Virus record (IMG/VR): IMGVR_UViG_3300027808_000015
Direction: 5' to 3' (one strand)
DNA length: 64,000 nt
DNA from: a virus
Taxonomy: Duplodnaviria; Heunggongvirae; Uroviricota; Caudoviricetes
In this document: piece after piece, positions 10,136-19,393 of the stretch
Position numbering within the stretch: position 1 is the stretch's first letter
Layout of the letters: every line of letters begins with the position of its first letter
Program-made: the position numbers and the translations under genes
Notes under the pieces: model-generated
What the model was told of the DNA's origin: nothing
Seen by the model: the letters and a program-made list of their open reading frames with translations, nothing else
The model's database searches: none

Positions 10136-11057
10136 TTGGGATATTCCTAAATTTCTTTTTAAAGTTAGGATCAAGAGTAAATTTTATATGAGGTAATTTT
10201 GTGTCTGTTTGTTTGTCAAATGCACATAGTTTGCACACTTCAATTGATTGTTTTAGATCATGTTCTATAAACTGTTTAACAACTTCGTAACCGTCTAACG
10301 GATCACACGCTTTATACTTTTCTAAAATCTCCTGCGCCTCTAGCACATACTTCACTTGCTTCTTTGCTTCAGGATAGTTTGTTACAGCAGGGCAATGAAA
10401 CATTAGTCCGTGTTGTATGTTGTACTCACTATGCCATACACAAGCTTCAAAACTTTTTTCCTGATCCCCACCCATAACAAAGTGTACAGTTCCGTTCTCA
10501 ACACGATCGTGATACGGTTTAAAGAAATGTATAAAATGCTCGTATCTTAAAATACGTATGTCGTTAATATAGTATGATGTTGATCTGTTTTGTTTATTTG
10601 GAATATATTCCGCTTCAACAACATGCATCTTGTCAGCCCAGGGCTCAAGTACTATTAGTACATCGTCCTTTAATTTTTGATATTCTTCTTCACTTTCATA
10701 ATGACATGATACACGTAGGTGCGCATTGCCATCACCCATAATAAGATGTGCCAGGTCTTTACGCTTAATTAGTTTAGAACCGTTGGTTGGAATTTCAATA
10801 TGTGCGTTTGGCCATAATCTTCTCATGTTTACAAACCATTCATCTAAGTTTGGATGTAAAAACATTTCCCCGCCAGCAAATGCTATTTCGTCTGTGTCTA
10901 AATATTCTGCCCATTTTCCCCAACGATGAGCATTTTCCTTCCAATCAAAATTTCCAGTAAAATCGTAACAGGCAAGGCCGCCGCAATGGCTACAAGTCAT
11001 GTTGCATAGGTTGTTTACTACTACAGACAAGTAAGTGTCTAGTTTGATTTTATTCAT
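10122..11057 (-). CDS. radical SAM enzyme
   Basis: 311 aa. VNNLCNMTCSHCGG (CxxxCxxC) and a C-terminal VCKLCAF. Confidence 0.65.
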   Translation of the reverse strand: MNKIKLDTYLSVVVNNLCNMTCSHCGGLACYDFTGNFDWKENAHRWGKWAEYLDTDEIAFAGGEMFLHPNLDEWFVNMRRLWPNAHIEIPTNGSKLIKRKDLAHLIMGDGNAHLRVSCHYESEEEYQKLKDDVLIVLEPWADKMHVVEAEYIPNKQNRSTSYYINDIRILRYEHFIHFFKPYHDRVENGTVHFVMGGDQEKSFEACVWHSEYNIQHGLMFHCPAVTNYPEAKKQVKYVLEAQEILEKYKACDPLDGYEVVKQFIEHDLKQSIEVCKLCAFDKQTDTKLPHIKFTLDPNFKKKFRNIPIKTI

Positions 11058-11643
11058 ATTTTACTCTGGAATCATCTAGGGTAGGAAATGCGGCTTTAAG
11101 TTGATTGTAAACAAACGGAGTTAACTTCCAACGAAACTCTATCTGTCTAATCTTAGGATTAGTCATCCAAAAATCAATAGTATTTAATATCTCTTTATGC
11201 TGTATATTATAATCACTTATAAAATCAGTTGGCTTGTTAGGGTCTGGATCTTGACCTTCTATAAAACTTAAATCCAAGTGTAGTATATCAATGCCGTTAG
11301 GATTTATGCTGATAAGTCTACATGCTTCTGCTAGCTCTTGCTTATCGTGTACATAATCTGTATGAATAAGCTCTGGATATAATCTACTTACACTACCCAT
11401 GACAATCATCTTGCCAACTTTGTTTTTAAGAGCATGAACTAACTTAGTCTGTTGTTTGTCACGGTACGCATTGTTAATAAACAAGTCAGCACCGGTTGCG
11501 GCTTCCACTACCTGATCAAAGTCTGCGTTTATGTCATAGCCATTACTACGACTAAGTCCAACAACTTCCCACTCGGCAGATTTGAAACTGTCATATAAGG
11601 CTTTACCTATTCCCCAAGTGTGTCCTGTAATTACCACTTTCAT
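11050..11643 (-). CDS. short-chain dehydrogenase/reductase (SDR) family protein
   Basis: 197 aa. MKVVITGHTWGIGKA (TGxxxGxG NAD(P) site), NNAY, and YVHDK (YxxxK). Confidence 0.5.
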   Translation of the reverse strand: MKVVITGHTWGIGKALYDSFKSAEWEVVGLSRSNGYDINADFDQVVEAATGADLFINNAYRDKQQTKLVHALKNKVGKMIVMGSVSRLYPELIHTDYVHDKQELAEACRLISINPNGIDILHLDLSFIEGQDPDPNKPTDFISDYNIQHKEILNTIDFWMTNPKIRQIEFRWKLTPFVYNQLKAAFPTLDDSRVKYE

Positions 11644-12089
11644 CTGTTTGGTGCTCCAGTTGCTCTAAACGATATAACATTAACTAATGGGTTAGCTAGC
11701 CAATACTCTATAGCATTGATTACAACTTGAGAATCGTTGTAAGCAGTGCTGGATAGTTTTAATAACAGTATGTTGGGAAGATTAAGCTCTAACACACGTT
11801 CTTCTAATTTTGTTTTTTGCTCGGTGTAGTCTGGCATTTCTACATCAGGAAAATCTGTGACTATACTGCCCATGACAACCATCTTGCCAACACTTGCATA
11901 CAACTGATTAAGTATACTCATTTGTATGCCGTAGGCATTATTAATAAACAAATCACAACCAACTGCGGCACTCATGTCTGATTCTCTATTGAACGCTGTT
12001 ACATGACATCCTTTATTAACAAAGTGGTCATGCAGTGCTTGTCCAAGGCCGCGAGTAGTTCCAGTAATAGTAATCTTCATAGTTACCAA
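11640..12089 (-). CDS. SDR-like protein (short paralog)
   Basis: 149 aa. ITITGTTRGLGQA, NNAY and YTEQK (YxxxK). Tandem paralog of the ORF at 11050. Confidence 0.45.
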   Translation of the reverse strand: MVTMKITITGTTRGLGQALHDHFVNKGCHVTAFNRESDMSAAVGCDLFINNAYGIQMSILNQLYASVGKMVVMGSIVTDFPDVEMPDYTEQKTKLEERVLELNLPNILLLKLSSTAYNDSQVVINAIEYWLANPLVNVISFRATGAPNR

Positions 12090-12592
12090 ATATTAAAAAT
12101 GTATTTTGGTACTAACCCACAGTTAGTACCAGCGTGCCATGCTTTACGACTACTCCACTTGTAAGCGGAGCCTTGTGGTTGATTGTATAAACAGGTATCT
12201 TCAGCTATAAAAATATGACCAAACTGTGGTTTACTCATATGTACATGATAGCGTACAGTATCAGGCAACGGCTCATCGTCTTGTACGTCCCAGTGTATTG
12301 GAGCAAAGTATCCCGGATGTATACGACTTACCCAGGCATTAGTATAAGATGTTAATCCTGACCATTTAACAAATTGTTCTACAATATTATTATCAAAATG
12401 TATTCCTGGATAAAACATATCCCACTGTACACTAGTACCGTATCCTGCTTTATCCCACATGTCTGTTACTTCTTTTAAACCGGGAATATTATCGCCGGCT
12501 TTGTGCTTTGGTCCAACCTCAGGAGTTTGCGTTTCTAAATGTTCAATCAACTGTTGCCAGTTAATTGGGCAACTACCTTTGTATTCAATCAT
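12083..12592 (-). CDS. small PhyH-like 2OG/Fe(II) dioxygenase paralog
   Basis: 169 aa. APIHWDVQDDE (HxD) and WSSRKAWHAGTNCGLVPKY (H-A-G-x-N-x-G). Confidence 0.45.
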   Translation of the reverse strand: MIEYKGSCPINWQQLIEHLETQTPEVGPKHKAGDNIPGLKEVTDMWDKAGYGTSVQWDMFYPGIHFDNNIVEQFVKWSGLTSYTNAWVSRIHPGYFAPIHWDVQDDEPLPDTVRYHVHMSKPQFGHIFIAEDTCLYNQPQGSAYKWSSRKAWHAGTNCGLVPKYIFNIW

Positions 12593-13161
12593 CGCGGTCT
12601 ACCTAAAAAATGAAACAGATAATATGGCTCAGTACCGCAATTTGTTCCGGCGTGATAATTTCTATAACTGTTCCACTCATATACTAAATGCTGTGCTGTA
12701 TTATAAAAAAATTCTTCATCTAAAATAAGAACGTGACCAAATTTTGGTTTATCTATAAAACATACGTAACGTACAAGTGGCCCTAATTTCAACCACTCTT
12801 CTTCACGGTCTTCTACATCCCAATGATACGGTACACATTGGCCGGGCATAACTTCGCTAATAAAAACACGCAGAGGTTCAGCATTGACTAGGTTAGCAAA
12901 CTTATCTTGCACATCTATATCAAAGTGTTGGCCTGGGTAGTAATCCCACCATTCAATATTATTTAAATCGTACTTGGCTTTTTGCCAAGTACCTATGATT
13001 TCGTGGTAGGAACCTAGTAAGGCAGGATCATCTTCCCAGTTAGCCTCTGACCTATCAACTACAGATTTAACAGAATTATAATCGCCAGTCTTTGGAACAA
13101 GACTAGATATAATAGAATCCCAATCAATTAAGTCTTTAGTTGTTCCAATGTATTTCGTCAT
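12589..13161 (-). CDS. small PhyH-like 2OG/Fe(II) dioxygenase paralog
   Basis: 190 aa. VPYHWDVEDRE (HxD) and EWNSYRNYHAGTNCGTEPYY. Confidence 0.45.
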   Translation of the reverse strand: MTKYIGTTKDLIDWDSIISSLVPKTGDYNSVKSVVDRSEANWEDDPALLGSYHEIIGTWQKAKYDLNNIEWWDYYPGQHFDIDVQDKFANLVNAEPLRVFISEVMPGQCVPYHWDVEDREEEWLKLGPLVRYVCFIDKPKFGHVLILDEEFFYNTAQHLVYEWNSYRNYHAGTNCGTEPYYLFHFLGRPR

Positions 13162-13813
13162 AGATATATCCTAAAGATTTTTCACCCCATTTAACATGGT
13201 CACGCATAGATTTTTTATACATTAATTCTAAATTATAATGTGTAGCATTGCGTCCAGTCTCATCTAATCTAAACCTAGCAGTTTCGTGAACTATTGCATC
13301 CATATACTTAGTTGCAATTACTGGCTTGTTTATCGGAACGCACCCATACCAATCAATTGTTTTCATTACACCATTTGAATCTAAAAAATGACAGTGTGGA
13401 TACATTGTAAGTTTATATGTGCCTTCGTTATACAAGTCTAACATTATGTATTTTAGTTGATCACACCACTCAACTGGTTTGTTATTGTGTAGAATTTCGT
13501 TAAAGGTATAGCCGTTCCACTCAAAGAATATTTTCTTATTTTTGTAATCAATGTCTAGTATATTAGGAACGTACGACTTTCCTTTAAATTTTGTTAAATG
13601 ATATAGTTCGTTTTCAAAAAACCAATCACATACATCTGCTGTATATAATTCTCTATCTTCATACGTGCGCTGGTACTTGTTTTGCCAATCATAATTAGCA
13701 CAGAACACTTTACGGTCAGCACTGATTAACGGTTCATATGTTTGTTGAGCTAAACATAGTCTGCCGTCGTCCCCAAACTTAAAGAACGGTTGCCAATTGC
13801 TAGTATCAAGCAT
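13136..13813 (-). CDS. hypothetical protein
   Basis: 225-aa ORF in a coupled operon. No motif recognised. Confidence 0.5.
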   Translation of the reverse strand: MLDTSNWQPFFKFGDDGRLCLAQQTYEPLISADRKVFCANYDWQNKYQRTYEDRELYTADVCDWFFENELYHLTKFKGKSYVPNILDIDYKNKKIFFEWNGYTFNEILHNNKPVEWCDQLKYIMLDLYNEGTYKLTMYPHCHFLDSNGVMKTIDWYGCVPINKPVIATKYMDAIVHETARFRLDETGRNATHYNLELMYKKSMRDHVKWGEKSLGYIYDEIHWNN

Positions 13814-14474
13814 AGGTAACTTTGAACTCCGGTGTTAGTAATTGTTTAAATTCATCAAATAGTTCGCGTTCTAGTTTAAATGTCAAACAAAATGTAGTAT
13901 GAGCAAAGTCTGATAGTTTGTATTTCTGATTAGCACGATTTAAAAATGGACTAAAAATTTTATCAAACTTATATCTAAAATCGTGTTGCTCGTAAGCTGG
14001 TTCCATACCAATGCTGACTAAATCTACTGGCTGACGACTGCGTCTCAACGGCTCGCGTACTACTAATTGTAAGCGTGGAATAGATCCATAATTTGTGGCC
14101 GCATGTATTTGACTAGCATCCATATATGCCCAACGATTATCTTTAACACACTCATACATGACTTTTTCGTCTAGGTCAATTAGGTATGCTTGTTCGCCTG
14201 TTAAGTTTAAATGCCAGCGATTATCAATATCAGCATGAGCCATATAACTTTCACCAGGTTCCATTTTGATAATACGTGCTTGTCCAATGCTCATTGGCAT
14301 AGAGTTTAATACTTTTTCCCAAGGTGTGTCTTTGTACAAGTCTTTAATTTGCCATCTATCATAAAAGAAGTCACTTGTTGGTTCATTGAGTACAATAGTG
14401 CCTGTAATAGGACACTCTTTTAGTGCCTGTTCAATTAAGCCTTCTGGGCATACCCATATTTGTTTAGTAATCAT
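13806..14474 (-). CDS. small PhyH-like 2OG/Fe(II) dioxygenase paralog
   Basis: 222 aa. YMAHADIDNRWH (HxD) and ASQIHAATNYGSIPR (H-A-A-x-N-x-G-x-x-P-R). Confidence 0.45.
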   Translation of the reverse strand: MITKQIWVCPEGLIEQALKECPITGTIVLNEPTSDFFYDRWQIKDLYKDTPWEKVLNSMPMSIGQARIIKMEPGESYMAHADIDNRWHLNLTGEQAYLIDLDEKVMYECVKDNRWAYMDASQIHAATNYGSIPRLQLVVREPLRRSRQPVDLVSIGMEPAYEQHDFRYKFDKIFSPFLNRANQKYKLSDFAHTTFCLTFKLERELFDEFKQLLTPEFKVTYA

Positions 14475-14514
14475 AAAAATATTTAGCTAGTTATATTAGC
14501 ACATAAATATTTCC

Positions 14515-15225
14515 ATGCCTATTATTCCCTTTGATCCAAGTTGGAAAAACATTGCTGTTGCTGTAAGCGGCGGTGCGGATAGTGCATTATTGGCCTACAT
14601 GGTTTGCCAAAAAGCTAAAGAACATGATGTTACTGTACACATTATCAACCATGTACGCTGTTGGAAAACAAAGCCGTGGCAACAACATGATGCGGACAAA
14701 GTATACGGTTGGCTGTTTCAAGAATTCTATCATATTACATTCAAGCGTCACATTAACTTTATAGCTCCGGAGCTAGAGTACGGAAGTGCAGGCCCAAACT
14801 TAACAGATGAGTATGGTAAGAAAGTGAGTGGGGACAACATACAATCGAGAGCATACGCAGAATACATTTGCCACAAACATGATGTTGATGCATTCTATAA
14901 TGGTGTTACACGTAATCCACGTTTGGCTATGTTTAACGGAATGCTAGAGAGAGATATCGAGCCTACTGAAGATAATACGCATTTAGAGTATATGATTCAC
15001 ATGGATATGGTAGTAAGTCATCCATTTAGGTTTGTGGACAAGGCCTGGATTATGTTACAATATAAAGAGTTAGATATTATGGACCTTTTTGATCTCACAC
15101 GCAGTTGTGAAGGAATAATTGAAGGTAATAATTACACAACATATACACCTGGACAATATGTGCCAGTATGTGGCAATTGCTTCTGGTGTAAAGAACGAGA
15201 GTGGGCAATTGAACAATCAAAGTAA
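14515..15225 (+). CDS. PP-loop ATP pyrophosphatase, QueC-like (7-cyano-7-deazaguanine synthase family-like)
   Basis: 236 aa. N-terminal IAVAVSGGADSALLA (SGGxDS PP-loop) and C-terminal CEG...VPVCGNCFWCKERE, which resembles the QueC zinc motif C...CGxCxxC. Identification to family level only. Confidence 0.5.
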   Translation: MPIIPFDPSWKNIAVAVSGGADSALLAYMVCQKAKEHDVTVHIINHVRCWKTKPWQQHDADKVYGWLFQEFYHITFKRHINFIAPELEYGSAGPNLTDEYGKKVSGDNIQSRAYAEYICHKHDVDAFYNGVTRNPRLAMFNGMLERDIEPTEDNTHLEYMIHMDMVVSHPFRFVDKAWIMLQYKELDIMDLFDLTRSCEGIIEGNNYTTYTPGQYVPVCGNCFWCKEREWAIEQSK

Positions 15226-16462
15226 AACATTCTGTATGCACCCTTTTACAGGGCTGGCAACTAGAGAAGACGGAGCCGTTAAAGTCTGTTGTCGTAGTTT
15301 GCCTGTTGGCAACATTAAATGCCAGAGCTTAGAAGAGATTTGGAATAATGATACTATGCGTAAGGTACGTTTCCAAGTACTTAATAACGAACGGCCTGAT
15401 GTTTGTAAACCCTGTTTCGATTTAGAAGATCAAGGTGTTGAAAGTTTACGTCAACGTCACATTAACGGAATTATACCTGAAGCACGTATTAACTTGTATC
15501 CTAACGCACTATTACAAGAAATATTGCCGTTTGAATTTCCTACAATAGAAATTAAACTCAACAATCTATGTAACTTAAAGTGTCGCATGTGCAATCCGTT
15601 AGACAGTACAAATTGGAAAGACTGGGATAAAGTAGAACCGTTTTATAAAAAAGAAAACAACTACCTTGTAGGTACAATTAGAGAACTGGTAGACACTCCG
15701 GGAAAATACATTGGAACATTCGATGATAGTGATAACTGGTGGACTAGTTTTGAAAAGTTACTGCCACACTTTAGACGTGTGGAGTTTGCCGGTGGCGAAC
15801 CTTTAATGGATCCACAGCATTATCGAATACTTGATATGCTCAAGCCTTATGGTAAGAACATTGAAATTAAGTACGCCACTAACGGCACAACACTAGGTAT
15901 CAACAAAGGAAGAACTATACATGACTACTGGCCTCATTTTAGAAGCGTTGCTGTTAACGTCAGCATGGACGGCATTCATGATGTTTACAATTACATACGT
16001 GGCAACGGTGATTTTAATCAAGTTGAAGAAAACATCAAAGAAATAAAAAAGATACCAAACGTAAGCCGTGTAGTAGGTGCATTCACAGCACAAGCCGGCA
16101 ATGTACTGCAAGCCGCAGAGTGCATTGATTATTTTATTAACAAGATGGACATTATATTTTATAGCCATCGTGTTAGCTATCCTAACTGTTTGTCAGCACA
16201 GGTGTTGCCGCAAGAATTAAAAGAGATAGCAATACAACGACTACAAGAAGTTAAACTACGGGTAGATACATGGGATGCAGTTAAAAAGAATGTGCTGTTG
16301 GGTAAAGTCACACACCAACAGATACAAGACAACATTAACTACTTACAAGCAACAGATCAAAATAACTTATGGCAGGACTTTTTAGATTTTAACTTGGCAT
16401 TGGACTCTACCCGCAATCAAAGTTTGTTATCTGTAATGCCGGAGTTTAAAAAATATGCGTAG
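15119..16462 (+). CDS. radical SAM enzyme, subfamily with N-terminal Cys-rich domain
   Basis: 447 aa. LNNLCNLKCRMCNP (CxxxCxxC). The N-terminal SKTFCMHPFTGLATREDGAVKVCCRS is paralogous to the N-termini of the ORFs at 19390 and 40033. The track start overlaps the upstream gene by about 100 nt; the true start may be an internal ATG near 15158. Confidence 0.65.
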   Translation: MKVIITQHIHLDNMCQYVAIASGVKNESGQLNNQSKTFCMHPFTGLATREDGAVKVCCRSLPVGNIKCQSLEEIWNNDTMRKVRFQVLNNERPDVCKPCFDLEDQGVESLRQRHINGIIPEARINLYPNALLQEILPFEFPTIEIKLNNLCNLKCRMCNPLDSTNWKDWDKVEPFYKKENNYLVGTIRELVDTPGKYIGTFDDSDNWWTSFEKLLPHFRRVEFAGGEPLMDPQHYRILDMLKPYGKNIEIKYATNGTTLGINKGRTIHDYWPHFRSVAVNVSMDGIHDVYNYIRGNGDFNQVEENIKEIKKIPNVSRVVGAFTAQAGNVLQAAECIDYFINKMDIIFYSHRVSYPNCLSAQVLPQELKEIAIQRLQEVKLRVDTWDAVKKNVLLGKVTHQQIQDNINYLQATDQNNLWQDFLDFNLALDSTRNQSLLSVMPEFKKYA

Positions 16463-17354
16463 TGTTGTAGGCCGTTGGCCCCATCAAAATAGCATTAAGG
16501 TTGAGTGGAATCTTGGCAAGCGTTGTAACTACGATTGTAGCTATTGCCCTGCGTCAATACATGACAACACAAGCCCGCACACTGATATAAAAATACTTAA
16601 AGCAACGGTAGATAGACTTGTGTCTCTAAGTAAGCCCGTGCGTCTTAGTTTCACGGGCGGCGAACCGTGCGTACATCCTAAGTTTCTAGAACTAGTCAAG
16701 TATTGTAAACACGTTGGTATTACATGGGTCAGCGTAACAACTAATGGCACACTGCCGTACCAATTTTATTCAGCACTGGAAGCAGATCAAATTGTGTTTA
16801 GTATACACTTAGAGTTTGACTGGAAGCGTGTTTTCAACACAGTGGAAAGTATTGTTAATTCAACAAACAAAAAAGTCATAGCACAGATTATGGCACATCA
16901 CGATCATATGGATGCTGTGGTACAATTACGTGCTAAGTGTTTGTTAGCACACATTCCCAATACAGTTAGACGCATACGCTGGACAGAAGGTGATCACGAT
17001 TTGTTTGACGACATGCGTTACAATCTAAATGATTTAGAATTATTAAAAGAAATGGAATCCACTGTAGAGGCAAACACAGTAATTGACGGCGTACAACTTA
17101 TTCATGCTAACGACATTATTAAATTAAGTTTAAACAAATATAAAACTTGGTCATGCTGGGCAGGTATAGAAAGCCTAATGATAAATTGGGACGGAGATGT
17201 ACACAGAGCGACTTGTAGAGTCGGTGGTAGTCTTGGCAACATATATGAAGGCAACTTCGTTGCTCCTAGCGAACCCGTAACTTGTGACCGTAATTTCTGT
17301 ACCTGCGCGGCTGATATCCCATTGACAAAATATGATCCAAACTACCGCAATTAA
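16455..17354 (+). CDS. radical SAM enzyme
   Basis: 299 aa. WNLGKRCNYDCSYCPAS, with C-terminal cysteines (TCRVGG, CDRNFCTCAAD). Confidence 0.7.
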   Translation: MRSVVGRWPHQNSIKVEWNLGKRCNYDCSYCPASIHDNTSPHTDIKILKATVDRLVSLSKPVRLSFTGGEPCVHPKFLELVKYCKHVGITWVSVTTNGTLPYQFYSALEADQIVFSIHLEFDWKRVFNTVESIVNSTNKKVIAQIMAHHDHMDAVVQLRAKCLLAHIPNTVRRIRWTEGDHDLFDDMRYNLNDLELLKEMESTVEANTVIDGVQLIHANDIIKLSLNKYKTWSCWAGIESLMINWDGDVHRATCRVGGSLGNIYEGNFVAPSEPVTCDRNFCTCAADIPLTKYDPNYRN

Positions 17355-18432
17355 ATTAAAATCGCCCGAGCCGTTTATGGTCACATGGGATATTCTACGA
17401 AGATGCAATTTGGATTGCTCTTACTGTGAAAGTACACGTCACGATATTATTAGTCCGCTGCCAACATTAGAAGATCTTACTAATACTTTTAGATTCATAC
17501 ACAAGTATGTAAAGATTTATAATAGCAAACGTGTTAGCTCTAGTAAAACTAATATAGATTTTACCGGTGGTGAACCAACAATCAACAACAATTTTTGGCC
17601 GCTGTTAGATCTTATTGCTAACACAAACGAGTTTCGACTTAGTCTCACAACTAACGGAACTTGGGGCACTAATTTTACAGAAAAGATTTTAAAAAACTTT
17701 GCCCATGCAACTATTAGTTGGCATGCTGAAGCTGAACAACATCTTAAAGATAGAACTATAACAAATATTTTATTCTTACATAATGCAGGTATGAGTGTAC
17801 AGGCTAACATTATGCTTCACTGTGATTACTTTGAAGAAGCGAAGAAAATATGTGAACTACTAAAAAGTCAGGGTGTTAAAGTTAATCCTGTTCCAGTTGG
17901 GGATGGTAGTATTGTACGTAAAGGATGGTTTATAGATAGCGACGGAACTAACAGACGAACAAGTCACGAATATACAGAAGAACAACAAGACTGGTTTTAC
18001 AATTGGATGGGACAACCTCGTAAAGCAACTACCACTACAGAAGGTACAAATGTAGGCAGAGCGTGTTGTGGTGGAAGGTGTACAGAAGGGTTAGTTAACA
18101 ACAAATGGCAAGAAGTTAAATTAGTAGACAATTGGTTCAAAGATTGGTATTGTACTGTTAACTGGTACTTCCTACATGTTGACCAAAAATCAGGAGATGT
18201 GTTTCATCATCAAACTTGCCAAGCAACTCATACTGGTCGCGGCCCAATCGGAAATCTACGCGATTCGTCTGCAATACTTAATCAAGTACACGACATGTTA
18301 TCTAAACCAGTAAGTCCTATTGTATGCCCTAATCAAAGATGCGGCTGCGGAATGTGTGTACCCAAAGCAAAAGGATTAGATGACTTTAAACAGTTGTGGA
18401 AAGAGACTACAATACTTAAACTAGTTGAATAG
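17332..18432 (+). CDS. radical SAM enzyme with C-terminal Cys cluster
   Basis: 366 aa. ILRRCNLDCSYCEST, with a C-terminal RACCGGRCTEG ... CPNQRCGCGMCVP. Confidence 0.7.
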   Translation: MIQTTAIKLKSPEPFMVTWDILRRCNLDCSYCESTRHDIISPLPTLEDLTNTFRFIHKYVKIYNSKRVSSSKTNIDFTGGEPTINNNFWPLLDLIANTNEFRLSLTTNGTWGTNFTEKILKNFAHATISWHAEAEQHLKDRTITNILFLHNAGMSVQANIMLHCDYFEEAKKICELLKSQGVKVNPVPVGDGSIVRKGWFIDSDGTNRRTSHEYTEEQQDWFYNWMGQPRKATTTTEGTNVGRACCGGRCTEGLVNNKWQEVKLVDNWFKDWYCTVNWYFLHVDQKSGDVFHHQTCQATHTGRGPIGNLRDSSAILNQVHDMLSKPVSPIVCPNQRCGCGMCVPKAKGLDDFKQLWKETTILKLVE

Positions 18433-19393
18433 GTATAATCCGTTTGTCTATAGTTGTTTCACCTGCACATACGCATAATTCTTTGCCGCACTTTACTGGT
18501 GCAATTACTGGCGTAAACTTTTTGACAAACTCAGTATCATATATACTATACTTCATTAAAGTATTATAAACGGGCTGTTGGCAAGTTCCTCTAATAGTAC
18601 CATCTTGAAATATTTCAAAATAGTCAACTCCTAGATTACAACTCCAACCTTTAAATCTGTTTTTATCATTTAACGCAAACCAGTTTTCTTCAACAAGTTT
18701 TTTTTCGTTATCTTCTATTACCCATACTTCGTTATGCTCATGATTAGGTAACCTATTCCACCAATCCATATTAGGCCAACGTTTAATTGGTTCTAAGAAA
18801 TATTCTTTTTCTGCGTCCGTATATCTTACTTCACCATTAAAATGAACAACTTTAGAAATAACTGGCCATGCGTTGTTGCTAGTATTTAATTTGTCTACTA
18901 TAGATTGGCAACCTTTAAAGTTTGACGGGTCCATTAAAACATTGCCAACCACTTTAGTATTTCTATCGTAAATCAAATCCCCTACTGCTTTAATATGATC
19001 AACTTTACAAAACTCGTGATGTACTGATATCTCTATGCTATCAAAATATTCTATGTTACGAGTCCACCAATTAACAGATCTACTGCCGTTTGTAGAAATA
19101 CGAATAACAGTATTATGATGTTCTTTTAGATGTTTGCATAGTATAGGCAAATCTTTCCATATAGTAGGTTCTCCACCTAATATATAAAATTCAAACTTAG
19201 TTTTGCCTTGTTGTTTGTATGCATTTATTAAATGATCTAAATTCTTAATCACAAGGTTAACATCTGGCCAAGGAAAGTCGCCTTCGTTGCTTCCTGGAAA
19301 ACAATAGGTACATTTATAATTACACAAATTTCCTATCATGTACTGTATGTACAATGTTTCAGGAGTTCTAGAATTAATAACTTGGGTTATCAT
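18416..19393 (-). CDS. radical SAM enzyme
   Basis: 325 aa. MIGNLCNYKCTYCFPG, with C-terminal GTCQQ...KCGKELCVCAG. Confidence 0.7.
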   Translation of the reverse strand: MITQVINSRTPETLYIQYMIGNLCNYKCTYCFPGSNEGDFPWPDVNLVIKNLDHLINAYKQQGKTKFEFYILGGEPTIWKDLPILCKHLKEHHNTVIRISTNGSRSVNWWTRNIEYFDSIEISVHHEFCKVDHIKAVGDLIYDRNTKVVGNVLMDPSNFKGCQSIVDKLNTSNNAWPVISKVVHFNGEVRYTDAEKEYFLEPIKRWPNMDWWNRLPNHEHNEVWVIEDNEKKLVEENWFALNDKNRFKGWSCNLGVDYFEIFQDGTIRGTCQQPVYNTLMKYSIYDTEFVKKFTPVIAPVKCGKELCVCAGETTIDKRIIPIQLV

